Source of the DNA: Patescibacteria group bacterium
GTDB taxonomy: Bacteria; Patescibacteriota; Patescibacteriia; CAIXNZ01
NCBI GenBank assembly: GCA_041651155.1
Contig: JBAZJU010000005.1
Coordinates: 2,653-66,652 of the forward strand
Length of the DNA: 64,000 bases
Direction of reading: 5' to 3'
Part shown: positions 8,893 to 18,361 of the stretch, piece after piece
How positions within the stretch are numbered: position 1 is the first letter of the stretch
How the letters are laid out: each line of letters begins with the position of its first letter
Made by a program: the position numbers and the translations under genes
The notes under the pieces: model-generated
What the model saw: only the letters and a program-made list of their open reading frames with translations
The model's database searches: none
Told to the model about the DNA's origin: nothing

Positions 8893-9402
8893 ATGGACTT
8901 GCCTTATGTTAAAAACGGAATACTTTTTTTGGAAGAAGAAAAAATCCCAATTGTTGATTGTACTTATCAGCAATTGGTTGCGATCCTAAATGAACCGGAA
9001 GAAGCTATTCTAATTGATAATACAAATTGGGCAACATTTTGTTTCCCCAATGATTATGGCACGCTGAAAGCCCATTTTATTCTGCACGATCACAATCTGG
9101 AACCCGGAAAAAATGGCGAACAATTACTGGAATTTACCAAAGCAACATTAGCAGAGATATATTTTGAGCTGTACTCTCCAGTGGCCTTGCCAGCATTAAG
9201 TGAAAAACATGGCCAGCCCAGATTTCTGCAAAGTAATGGCATAACCTTTGCCGCATTTAATGAGAACTTTTTGGCCAAAATGAAAAATGGCAAGGAAGTT
9301 GACTGCCTCTGGTTTTTAAACTTTGAGGCCATGAAAAAAAGCACATTGCCTGATTTTTACAAAGAGCTGCAATTACTCTTTGTTTCCCAATTAATACATT
9401 AG
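8893..9402 (+). CDS. Hypothetical protein, tandem paralog B (169 aa)
   Basis: Same length and conserved C-terminal motifs as paralog A. SD GGGGAGG upstream. Confidence 0.55.
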   Translation: MDLPYVKNGILFLEEEKIPIVDCTYQQLVAILNEPEEAILIDNTNWATFCFPNDYGTLKAHFILHDHNLEPGKNGEQLLEFTKATLAEIYFELYSPVALPALSEKHGQPRFLQSNGITFAAFNENFLAKMKNGKEVDCLWFLNFEAMKKSTLPDFYKELQLLFVSQLIH

Positions 9403-9491
9403 CCCCGCGGAGCGAGGCTTTAAACAGTCGTTTTTTTAGGAACTGATTTTCTAAAAAACAAACCCCACCATTAAGGCGGGGTTTTTTCTAT

Positions 9492-10133
9492 TTAGGCGGC
9501 TAGGAGCTTTATGGCTCTTTGTCGTTTTTCATTATCCAGATCATATTTGTCGTCATTGACAATGGCTAGGAGTTCTTTGGGATTGCTTTTTGCAAGGCTG
9601 AAAATGCAGGAATCGATCTGTCTGATCATATCATAATATTCATAGCCACTATATCTTCCTTTATAACATGCTTCAACGAGTTTTTTCAGAAAAATGAGTT
9701 CTTTGATGGTGTTGGCTTTTTTTAGCCATTTTTCAAAGTTGCTATTTAGCTCATTTGTTACAGAAGACCTATCGTAGCCACCTTGCTTTTGCGATAATTT
9801 TTGGAGCTGTACCAATTCTTGGGGCGATTCCAGCAAATGGCAAGCACGTATAAAAAGTATTTCCCACGGCCAATCGCGGGTTCTCCTTTTTTTCATCGCT
9901 ATTATTAGTGCGGCGAAGTTGAAGACATTATTAAAGATATAGTCATGCAAAAACGACTCCAGCTTTTTAGAGATTTCATAAAAACCTTTTTTTTCGGCCA
10001 GGAAATAAACTTCTATTTTCTCGCTGAGTGAAAGGTTTTTAAAAAAAGGATTGGTTTTGCCTTTCTGAAAGGCAACCAGGCCTGCCAAGATTTTGCCTTT
10101 TTGTTTTTCAAGTTTTTTTAAATCAATTGCCAT
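9492..10133 (-). CDS. Hypothetical protein (213 aa)
   Basis: Long ORF with an AT-rich divergent promoter region upstream. No family recognised. Confidence 0.5.
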   Translation of the reverse strand: MAIDLKKLEKQKGKILAGLVAFQKGKTNPFFKNLSLSEKIEVYFLAEKKGFYEISKKLESFLHDYIFNNVFNFAALIIAMKKRRTRDWPWEILFIRACHLLESPQELVQLQKLSQKQGGYDRSSVTNELNSNFEKWLKKANTIKELIFLKKLVEACYKGRYSGYEYYDMIRQIDSCIFSLAKSNPKELLAIVNDDKYDLDNEKRQRAIKLLAA

Positions 10134-10338
10134 GATTTACCTCCTGAATTGATTTTTTATTACCTTATCATTTTGGCTGACTTTGTCAAGAAGATAATGG
10201 TTTTTAGTGCAGTTGAAAAATTTTTATATAGGTAACAACAATTGACAAAATAATTTTGATTTGTTAATAATTAATTATTAAATCCTGATAATTAGTCAGT
10301 GAAAATGCCGGTAAGCTAAAAATACAAAAGGAGGATGT

Positions 10339-11016
10339 ATGCCAAAAAACGAAATTGACGGCTACCCTGACGGCTTTCGTATACGTTCAAGGCAAGAGCA
10401 GGTTGAAACTCTGCTTAGTCATTTTTCAAACCTTGACCCAAACCATATTGAAGAACTGGCCAAAGGCAATTTGCCTGAAAGTGCTGAAGGCTGGGCAGTG
10501 ATACCTAGTCCAGGAAAAATTGCCCCGACATACTTTGAGGCGCTGAAAAAGATACTTGAGCATATTCCGGAAATTAGCGGTTATTGGAATTGGCGCGAAG
10601 AATTAGTCAAAAATCAACAGCATTTGGAACTAGTTTGGAAGACCAAGAAAACACATGATTTTCTGATGGCTAAACAGCCTGGGGATTTTTGGGTCTTCCC
10701 ATTCCAGTTCGGCAAAAATTGGCCTTGGGTGCTCACGCCATTCTGTGAGGTTAAACGTACCATGCGTTTTGCAGATAATGAATTTGGTTTCGGACCGTAC
10801 GAATTGGCAATTTTGATGCTGACTCACCCCGACAGAATAACTGGTCCATATCAGCAGTATGTTTACAGCGCCGGTTGTGAACATAAAAATAAGGCTGGTT
10901 TTAATTTCAGTTTTGGCTTTAGCTGGAGTTATGGCTACGAAAAACAGACCCTGCAATATGGTATGAGCAACCGGGTTGAGGAGTGGGGAGATGTCACTGG
11001 CTTTCTCTCCCCGTGA
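10339..11016 (+). CDS. Hypothetical protein (225 aa, Trp/Phe/Gly-rich)
   Basis: SD AAAGGAGG 6 nt upstream of the ATG. No family recognised. Confidence 0.5.
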   Translation: MPKNEIDGYPDGFRIRSRQEQVETLLSHFSNLDPNHIEELAKGNLPESAEGWAVIPSPGKIAPTYFEALKKILEHIPEISGYWNWREELVKNQQHLELVWKTKKTHDFLMAKQPGDFWVFPFQFGKNWPWVLTPFCEVKRTMRFADNEFGFGPYELAILMLTHPDRITGPYQQYVYSAGCEHKNKAGFNFSFGFSWSYGYEKQTLQYGMSNRVEEWGDVTGFLSP

Positions 11017-11116
11017 ATTTTGGCCTTGGCTTGCCTCGGCAAAGCGGGCCAACCGAAGTTGGCTTTGAATCCTAAATAATTAGCGATTCTATTGTTGGCT
11101 ACGGTCAACGATGGAT

Positions 11117-11150
11117 GGGGCTTGAGATACTAAATCTTGAGCCCCTTTTA
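11117..11150 (+). terminator. Rho-independent terminator
   Basis: GGGGCTTGAGATACTAAATCTTGAGCCCC followed by TTTT. Confidence 0.55.
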
Positions 11151-11323
11151 AATTTGACCACGCCCTTCGCGAAGAGCGTGGTTGAAAAATTTTTAGTTTT
11201 AGCGTAAAATTTGGTTATGGTCAAATGGCCAATAAGCCATTAGGCATTAGCTATATGAAATAAATTTTCCAAGAACTTATGCCCAATAGCTTTATGGCTA
11301 TATGGCTTTAATTTTATAAAACA

Positions 11324-13807
11324 ATGCAACAATACAACCCCCAACAAATAGAGCCCAAATGGCAAAAATACTGGGAAGATAAAGAGTTAAATAAGGCCGA
11401 GGATTTTTCTAAAAAGCCCAAGTTTTATTGTTTGATTGAATTTCCTTATCCGTCTGGCGAGGGCTTGCATGTTGGCCATCCGCGTTCATACACGGCTTTG
11501 GATATTCTGGCGCGTAAAAAAAGAATGCAGGGCTTTAATGTGATGTATCCGATTGGCTGGGATGCTTTTGGTTTGCCAGCTGAAAATTATGCGATTAAAA
11601 CCGGTACGCACCCAAAAATAACCACTGAAAAAAATATTTTTAATTTTAGACGCCAGATGAAGATGCTCGGCTTGTCTTATGACTGGTCTCGGGAAATTAA
11701 TACGACTGATCCCAAATATTATAAATGGACCCAATGGATTTTTTTACAACTTTTCCATAAAAATCTGGCTTACAAAACCAAAATGGATATTAACTGGTGC
11801 ACCAAATGCAATGTTGGTTTGGCAAATGAAGAAGTGGTTAATAATCTTTGTGAGCGTTGTGGTGGCGAAGTCTATCGTAGAGAAAGAGAACAGTGGATGC
11901 TGAAAATTACTGATTATGCTGATCGGCTTTTGGCCGATTTGGATACTGTTGATTATTTGGAAAAAATAAAAAAACAGCAAAGCGATTGGATTGGCAAAAG
12001 TTATGGGGCGCAGATTGTTTTCAAAGTTAAAAGCAAAACAATGTTGCCTAAGGAACATTTATATGATTTGCCGGTTTATACTACCAGGCCAGATACTCTT
12101 TTTGGCTGTACTTATATGGTCGTAGCTCCAGAACATGAATTAATTGATAAGTATAAAGACCAGATTGATAATATTAATGATGTGCTTGATTATCGCGATC
12201 AGGCCAAACATAAAACAGAATTGGAAAGAACTAATTTGGAAAAAGCTAAATCTGGCATTGAACTGCATGGTTTGAAAGCAATTAACCCAGTTAATGATGA
12301 AGAAATTCCGATTTTTGCTGCTGACTATGTTTTGGCAACTTATGGTACTGGTGCGATCATGGCTGTGCCAGCACATGATGAAAGAGATTATGAATTTGCC
12401 AAAAAATTTGATTTGCCAATTAAAGAAGTTGTTTTGGGTGGCAATATTAAAAAAGAAGCCTGGTCTGGCGAAGGTGCTTTGGTTAATTCTGATTTTCTCA
12501 ATGGTTTAAATGTTGAAGAAGCGATTTTTAAAATAATTGAATGGTTAGAAAAAAAAGGTTTTGGTTTTCAGACTGTAAATTATCATTTGCGCGACTGGGT
12601 TTTTTCCCGCCAGCGCTATTGGGGTGAACCGATTCCTATTATAATTTGTCCAAAATGTGGTTATGTGCCGGTTGCGGAAAAAGATTTACCAATTGTTTTG
12701 CCAGAAGTTGAAAATTACCAGACAACTGAAAATGGGGATTCGCCTTTATCCATGATTGAGGACTGGGTTAATGTTGAATGCCCGAAATGCGGGGGCGAAG
12801 CAAAAAGAGAAACCGATACTATGCCAAATTGGGCTGGCTCGTCTTGGTATTTTTTAAGATACTGCGATCCGCATAATGACAAAGCCCTGGCTGATAAAAA
12901 GAAATTAAAATATTGGATGCCGGTTGATTGGTATAATGGCGGTATGGAACACACGACTTTGCATCTTTTGTATTCTCGCTTTTGGCATAAATTTTTATTT
13001 GATATCGGCGTAGTGCCAACCCCAGAACCATATGCCAAGCGTACTTCTCATGGCATGATTTTGGCTGAAAATAATGAAAAAATGTCCAAGTCCCGCGGCA
13101 ATGTTATTAATCCTGATGATGTGGTCAAAGAATATGGCGCTGATACTTTTAGAGTTTATGAAATGTTCATGGGACCGTTTGATCAGCCAACTCCGTGGAG
13201 CACGCAGGGAGTCGTGGGCATAAAAAGGTTTTTAGAAAGAGTCTGGGCAATTGGCAATGATTTGGATAATACAAAAAGAGCCTCCTTCGCTTCCACCTAC
13301 GCTAAAGCTTCGGTGGATAAAAAAGCTTCGGAGGATGAAGGGAGTGACGATGATTTGTTGCGCTTGACTCATAAGACAATTAAACAAGTGACTGAGCAGA
13401 TTGAAACTCTGGATTTAAATACCTGCATTTCCGCCTTGATGATTTTGATTAATAAATTTCAAGCCGAAGGTTGCAATCAGGAAATATTTGAAATGTGTTT
13501 AAAGATTTTATCGCCCTTTGCCCCTCATCTTGGCGAAGAACTGTGGCAAAATTTGGGACATAAGAAGTCAATATTTTTGGAGAAGTGGCCAGAATATGAT
13601 TCTGAATTAATCAAGGATGAAGTAAAAGAAGTGCCAGTGCAGATCAATGGTAAAATGCGTTGTAAAATTTTGGTCACAGATGATATGCCGGAAAAAGAAG
13701 TGAAAAATTTGGCGCTAGATGATGAGCATGTTAAAAAATGGCTGGAGGGGAATGAAGTGAAGAAAGTTATTTATGTGCCGGGGAAGGTAATTAATATTGT
13801 GATATAA
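11324..13807 (+). CDS. leuS: Leucine--tRNA ligase
   Basis: 827 aa. HVGHPRSY (HIGH), KMSKSRGN (KMSKS), editing CP1 domain. Confidence 0.95.
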   Translation: MQQYNPQQIEPKWQKYWEDKELNKAEDFSKKPKFYCLIEFPYPSGEGLHVGHPRSYTALDILARKKRMQGFNVMYPIGWDAFGLPAENYAIKTGTHPKITTEKNIFNFRRQMKMLGLSYDWSREINTTDPKYYKWTQWIFLQLFHKNLAYKTKMDINWCTKCNVGLANEEVVNNLCERCGGEVYRREREQWMLKITDYADRLLADLDTVDYLEKIKKQQSDWIGKSYGAQIVFKVKSKTMLPKEHLYDLPVYTTRPDTLFGCTYMVVAPEHELIDKYKDQIDNINDVLDYRDQAKHKTELERTNLEKAKSGIELHGLKAINPVNDEEIPIFAADYVLATYGTGAIMAVPAHDERDYEFAKKFDLPIKEVVLGGNIKKEAWSGEGALVNSDFLNGLNVEEAIFKIIEWLEKKGFGFQTVNYHLRDWVFSRQRYWGEPIPIIICPKCGYVPVAEKDLPIVLPEVENYQTTENGDSPLSMIEDWVNVECPKCGGEAKRETDTMPNWAGSSWYFLRYCDPHNDKALADKKKLKYWMPVDWYNGGMEHTTLHLLYSRFWHKFLFDIGVVPTPEPYAKRTSHGMILAENNEKMSKSRGNVINPDDVVKEYGADTFRVYEMFMGPFDQPTPWSTQGVVGIKRFLERVWAIGNDLDNTKRASFASTYAKASVDKKASEDEGSDDDLLRLTHKTIKQVTEQIETLDLNTCISALMILINKFQAEGCNQEIFEMCLKILSPFAPHLGEELWQNLGHKKSIFLEKWPEYDSELIKDEVKEVPVQINGKMRCKILVTDDMPEKEVKNLALDDEHVKKWLEGNEVKKVIYVPGKVINIVI

Positions 13808-13846
13808 TTCCGAATGCCGAATTACGAATTCTGAAACTTAAAACAT

Positions 13847-14611
13847 ATGAATACAGCCCTAGTTATTCTCCCAACTTATAATGAAAAGGAAAATATTGAG
13901 AAATTGATTGGGGAAATTTTAGCGCAAAATTTAAATTTAGATATTTTAGTAGTTGATGATAATTCACCTGATGGCACTGGCCAAATAATTGAGGACTTGA
14001 GAAAAAACGGGCCTGGCCTCGGCTTGGCTGGGTCTTCTTTATTGAGAGACTGCTTTAAGCCTGGCCAAGACGGGCCTCAACTTTTTATTTTACATCGGGA
14101 GAAAAAAGAAGGATTGGGGCGGGCCTATATTGCTGGTTTTAAATGGGCCTTAGCTAATAATTATGAATATATTTTTGAAATGGATGCTGATTTTTCCCAC
14201 CAGCCCGGATATTTAAAAGATTTTTTAAAAGCGATTAAAGATTGTGATTTGGTTATTGGTTCCAGATATATTAAAGAAGGAGGAACTGTTGGTTGGAGTA
14301 AAATCCGCGAATTGATTAGTCGCCTTGGTTGTTTGTACGCGCAAATAATTTTGGGTTTGAAAATAAAAGACTTAACCGGAGGATTCAAATGCTATCGTAA
14401 ACCCGTTTTAGAAAAAATTGACCTGGATAAGATTCGGTCAAATGGCTATATGTTTCAAATTGAGATGACTTATAGCGCCTTTAAAAATGGTTTTAAAATT
14501 AAAGAAATTCCCATTATTTTTTTAGAGCGCAAACTCGGCAAAACAAAATTTAATAAAAAAATTATTTGGGAGGCAATGATAAATTGCTGGAAATTGCGAT
14601 TTGACTTATAA
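13847..14611 (+). CDS. GT2 glycosyltransferase, polyprenol/dolichol-phosphate mannosyltransferase (Dpm1/Ppm1)-like, with a ~40-aa GC-rich insertion
   Basis: ILPTYNEKENI, VVDDNSPDGT, DADFSHQP motifs. Insert NGPGLGLAGSSLLRDCFKPGQDGPQLFIL is encoded by locally GC-rich DNA (13990-14100). Confidence 0.75.
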   Translation: MNTALVILPTYNEKENIEKLIGEILAQNLNLDILVVDDNSPDGTGQIIEDLRKNGPGLGLAGSSLLRDCFKPGQDGPQLFILHREKKEGLGRAYIAGFKWALANNYEYIFEMDADFSHQPGYLKDFLKAIKDCDLVIGSRYIKEGGTVGWSKIRELISRLGCLYAQIILGLKIKDLTGGFKCYRKPVLEKIDLDKIRSNGYMFQIEMTYSAFKNGFKIKEIPIIFLERKLGKTKFNKKIIWEAMINCWKLRFDL

Positions 14612-14792
14612 TAAAAGCAGATCTTGGTTTGCAATTTTTCAAAAAATTTGCTATAATTAAGGTATAAAAAATATTTAAAGGTAAAGCCATGCTAAATCTG
14701 AGCTGGAGTTCAAAAAACGCCAGAAATCTTAATAATATATATTAAAGAGGAAATTTTATTTTGCCTCTTTTTAATTTATTTAATTTTTTTCT

Positions 14793-17700
14793 ATGAATTT
14801 AAAGTCAAAGAAGAAGGAACCATGGTTGAGCCAAGGACATTTAAAATTTATTGCAATTTATGCCGCCTTGGCCATTGTATTAGTAATTAATCAGGTAGTT
14901 TTTTCTTATATTTTGAAAGACAGGGAAAATGCCAATGCTTTTTCCAATACTGATATTGGAGATGTTTTCTCTGTTCTTGGAAACCGTGACGTACCGGCTG
15001 GGACAAACAATGTTTTGGTCGGCCAATTTATTCCGCCTGATCCCTGGGTACTAGGCAATCCCGGACAGACATGCAATTTTAGACTTGATGATCCTGGTAA
15101 TAATTGCCTTCAATTGGTTGACGCTGATGGCACTGCCACAGAAGGAGCAGGTGCAGCGAGCGATGGTTCCAAATTAATGTTTTTTGATTGGGTTTTGCCC
15201 AGCCAGCCGTTTACAGTTGGGAATTTTTTATTTCATGTCGGTGATAATATTTGCACTGACAGTTATGCTGCGCCGACTTGCGTTTATATTGACAGTGACG
15301 GTGATTGCAATTCTTTTACCGGCACGCAATCAAATATTTTAAGTCCGGGCGGAGCTTGCGCTACTATAGCTGACAATCTTGTGGCTGGCGCTACTACACC
15401 GCTGTGGACACATACAGAGCTTATAAATAATAATAATGCTTACGACTATAGCGCTACGCTCGGCCAATCAGAGGCGATTTGGATTAGAAATTTAGATCCA
15501 GACGATGATATTGTGCAAGGCAGTAGCTGGGATTTGGCATTTGCAAATCAATGGCAAGGGGATGCGCCAGGCGCCTGGACTGCCCAAGATACTTTTTATG
15601 ATGCCAATACAGACGGCATTTTTAATGGCGCTCTTACTGAGCCTGTATTTATTGATAAAGATAATGATGGCGAATATACTGATGTGGCTAATACGGTTTA
15701 TGAGGCAGATGGGACCGCTACTTTAGGCGCTGGTACAAATGATGATGTCATCCCAGATGGTACGGTTTTATCACCGCTTTTGCCGGCTGACAATGTTTGC
15801 ATAAGTACGCTTGGCCTGGGCGGGATTGGCAATATAATTATTTATGTTGATGGCAACGGCGACTGCATTCCGGGTAATGGTGGAACCGATGTTTTAGTCA
15901 GAGATGACACAGGGACATTACCACTGACAGTTTCGCCAATACCTGCTCCTGGTTTTGGCACATTCCCTTATGCTTTTATCAGCGCTGCCCAAATTCTCTA
16001 TTATTATGATGCTGATTCCAGCGTGACATGGAGTTATGTCAATAGCGCAGCGACTACAGAAACTTTATGGGCCAGATTGCAAGGCCTTGACCAATGGCAT
16101 ATTAATAAGGAAGGAGCTACCGGCGTAATAGAAGCTGATGGTACGGCTACGATTGGTGCTGGCGTTGATGATGATGCGCTTACAAATGGCGCTGCTTTAA
16201 CATATTTACAGCCAGCTGATAATATGTGTGTTTCCAGAAATGCGATAACAACAGCAATTGAAGATATATATATTGATACAAGCGGCGATTGCATCCCTGG
16301 CAATGGCGGACTTGATACTATTTTGCAGGATACTACCGCTGATGGGTTAAACCCTGCGACTAGCGGTGGCTTTTGGGCCTCAGGCGCAGGCACTTTTGCT
16401 TATTTTGATGGCGCAGTCGCGGCTAATGGGGTCTGGGATTGGGGCGCGAGCGCTGCTTTGACAGAATCAATTTGGATTGAAATATATGGCAATGAAGCTG
16501 CTTCTTCGGCTGATACGAATATTTATAGTTATGGTACGGCAATCGCTGGAGATCCATTAACCCAATTAAGCGCAGCAGTCGGCCCTACAAGCGGTGAGCC
16601 TTTAATTTATGCTGATGCAGATGGTTTGGCAACACTTAATTCTACAGACACTATTTTAGAAGACAATGGCAATGTCCAGACAGGGATAGCGGGCGTGCCA
16701 AACGGAGTTATTGACAGAGAGATAGATACTCTGGCTTATTTTAGTTTTCTAAACGCAGGCACTGCCGTGCCAGGCGCTGAAATAACAAATTTAGCTTTAT
16801 ACGCGGCAGGCGCTGATGATATTTGTGATAATCCGGCGGGTTCGGTTGACGATGTCTTTGTTAATAATTTCACCTGGACAGGCACTGAATGGTCTTTACC
16901 GATGATAGGTGAGTTTTCTTCTTTGACAACAGGCAGGTTATGCGTGTCCATGAATGTCAGTCCTGCTACTCCTCCGGGTCGTACATTTATTTTAGCAGTT
17001 CCGCAATTGGTGGATAATAATTTAAACGGACTTTTTGAGACTGGTGATAATGGCTGGTTTTTCTATTCGTCTAATGATGGCGCTATAGGCGGGAATGCTG
17101 TACTCCCAGATACATATACAATTACTGTCGCGCCTAGCTACGGAGGCCGAACTCAAGACACTACCCCGCCCGGGATTTTAACAAATGTTAATCTTAAGGC
17201 AGATTCAAGCGGTACTATTACTTTGACCTGGCAAGATCCGACTGATGCTGATCTGAATAATATAGTGATAGATATAACAACAGCAGGACAAACAGCAACT
17301 CAAACTGTAAATAAGGGAGTGCAAACTTTGATAGTGAGTGGTGGGAAAGCAGGACAAGAATACTCTTTTAGTTTTAGGTCTGAGGATACCAGCGGTAATT
17401 TAAGTCCAAAACAAGTATATTCTATTGTTATTCCTGCAACTGGCGACACAGTCATTACTCAACCGGCAGCCGGTGAAGTTTTACCAACCCCAATCCCGCC
17501 GCAAGTTATCTTGCCAACAAATATTAAAATTGGAGATCTTTTAAAAGATGCGGCGACAAAAACTGTTTATGTTGTGGGTAATGATGGTAAAAGGCATGTT
17601 TTTCCAAATGGGGCAACATTTTTTACCTGGTTTAATGATTTTTCCTTAGTTAAAACAGTAGGCGATGATATTTTAAGCCAATTGCCTTTTGGCGCAAATG

Positions 17701-18116
17701 TTACTGTCCGTCCAGGCACAAAACTAGTCAAAATTCAGACAGATCCAAATGTTTATGCAGTTGAACCGGGCGGAATTATCAGAGCAATAAAATCAGAGGC
17801 AATTGCCGCAGAGTTATATGGGACAGATTGGGCAGCAAAAATTATAGATGTGCCAGATGTTTTCTTTGTTAATTATGTTAAAGGTCCTGATATCGCAGAA
17901 GCAAGCTATCCCGCCGGTTCATTAATCCAGTATCTTGGTTCAAGTGAAATTTATTATATAGATAATATGCTTAAGAGATTAGTGTCTGCCGAAGTTTTTA
18001 CTAACAATCTATATAATGCGGGCTTCGTGATTAAAAATGTAGCAATTACGAAAGTTTATTCTTTAGCGGAAAATCAGGCCAAATTATCAATCGCTGACAT
18101 GATGATGTTTAAATAA
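14793..18116 (+). CDS. Large secreted or cell-surface repeat protein (1107 aa): N-terminal TM/signal anchor, three ~130-aa repeats (ADGTATxGAG ... GDCIPGNGG), an Fn3-like domain, and a C-terminal ~300-aa domain. Putative adhesin.
   Basis: Hydrophobic N-terminus. Repeats at aa ~100, ~285 and ~440. Fn3-like TTPPGILTNV...TLTWQDP...SFSFRSEDTSGNLS. Strong terminator follows. Confidence 0.75.
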   Translation: MNLKSKKKEPWLSQGHLKFIAIYAALAIVLVINQVVFSYILKDRENANAFSNTDIGDVFSVLGNRDVPAGTNNVLVGQFIPPDPWVLGNPGQTCNFRLDDPGNNCLQLVDADGTATEGAGAASDGSKLMFFDWVLPSQPFTVGNFLFHVGDNICTDSYAAPTCVYIDSDGDCNSFTGTQSNILSPGGACATIADNLVAGATTPLWTHTELINNNNAYDYSATLGQSEAIWIRNLDPDDDIVQGSSWDLAFANQWQGDAPGAWTAQDTFYDANTDGIFNGALTEPVFIDKDNDGEYTDVANTVYEADGTATLGAGTNDDVIPDGTVLSPLLPADNVCISTLGLGGIGNIIIYVDGNGDCIPGNGGTDVLVRDDTGTLPLTVSPIPAPGFGTFPYAFISAAQILYYYDADSSVTWSYVNSAATTETLWARLQGLDQWHINKEGATGVIEADGTATIGAGVDDDALTNGAALTYLQPADNMCVSRNAITTAIEDIYIDTSGDCIPGNGGLDTILQDTTADGLNPATSGGFWASGAGTFAYFDGAVAANGVWDWGASAALTESIWIEIYGNEAASSADTNIYSYGTAIAGDPLTQLSAAVGPTSGEPLIYADADGLATLNSTDTILEDNGNVQTGIAGVPNGVIDREIDTLAYFSFLNAGTAVPGAEITNLALYAAGADDICDNPAGSVDDVFVNNFTWTGTEWSLPMIGEFSSLTTGRLCVSMNVSPATPPGRTFILAVPQLVDNNLNGLFETGDNGWFFYSSNDGAIGGNAVLPDTYTITVAPSYGGRTQDTTPPGILTNVNLKADSSGTITLTWQDPTDADLNNIVIDITTAGQTATQTVNKGVQTLIVSGGKAGQEYSFSFRSEDTSGNLSPKQVYSIVIPATGDTVITQPAAGEVLPTPIPPQVILPTNIKIGDLLKDAATKTVYVVGNDGKRHVFPNGATFFTWFNDFSLVKTVGDDILSQLPFGANVTVRPGTKLVKIQTDPNVYAVEPGGIIRAIKSEAIAAELYGTDWAAKIIDVPDVFFVNYVKGPDIAEASYPAGSLIQYLGSSEIYYIDNMLKRLVSAEVFTNNLYNAGFVIKNVAITKVYSLAENQAKLSIADMMMFK

Positions 18117-18126
18117 AAATTCAGAT

Positions 18127-18163
18127 AAAAAAAACCCTGCGCCATACGGCGCAGGGTTTTTTT
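18127..18163 (+). terminator. Rho-independent terminator
   Basis: AAAAAAACCCTGCGCC-ATAC-GGCGCAGGGTTTTTTT, a perfect 11-bp stem flanked by A and T runs (bidirectional). Confidence 0.75.
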
Positions 18164-18169
18164 GCTATA

Positions 18170-18340
18170 ATAAATATAAATGACAAAAGACCTGCCTTCG
18201 CAAATGCTTCGGCCTTCGTCGACCATAGTCGGCTACGGCCGACTGCGGTCGGCAGGCAGGCAAAATGCAAAAAACAAATCTTCGTCCCGCCCAGCGGGAC
18301 TACGGTTTGCGAAGGCAAAAAATTCAAATTATGAAATTCA
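18170..18340 (+). other. GC-rich structured non-coding segment upstream of comEC, with a long-range pairing (GCCTTCGCAAA ... TTTGCGAAGGC) enclosing local hairpins
   Basis: GGCCGACTGCGGTCGGC and CCCGCCCAGCGGGAC hairpins, 11-nt distal complementarity, GC well above background. The overlapping ORFs look spurious. Confidence 0.2.
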
Positions 18341-18361
18341 ATACTTAAAATTGGCAATAAC

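Noticed and set aside
11020-11323. T-box riboswitch leader upstream of leuS
   Set aside because: Nested hairpins are present, but the conserved T-box sequence (AAUUAGGGUGGNACCGCG) is absent.
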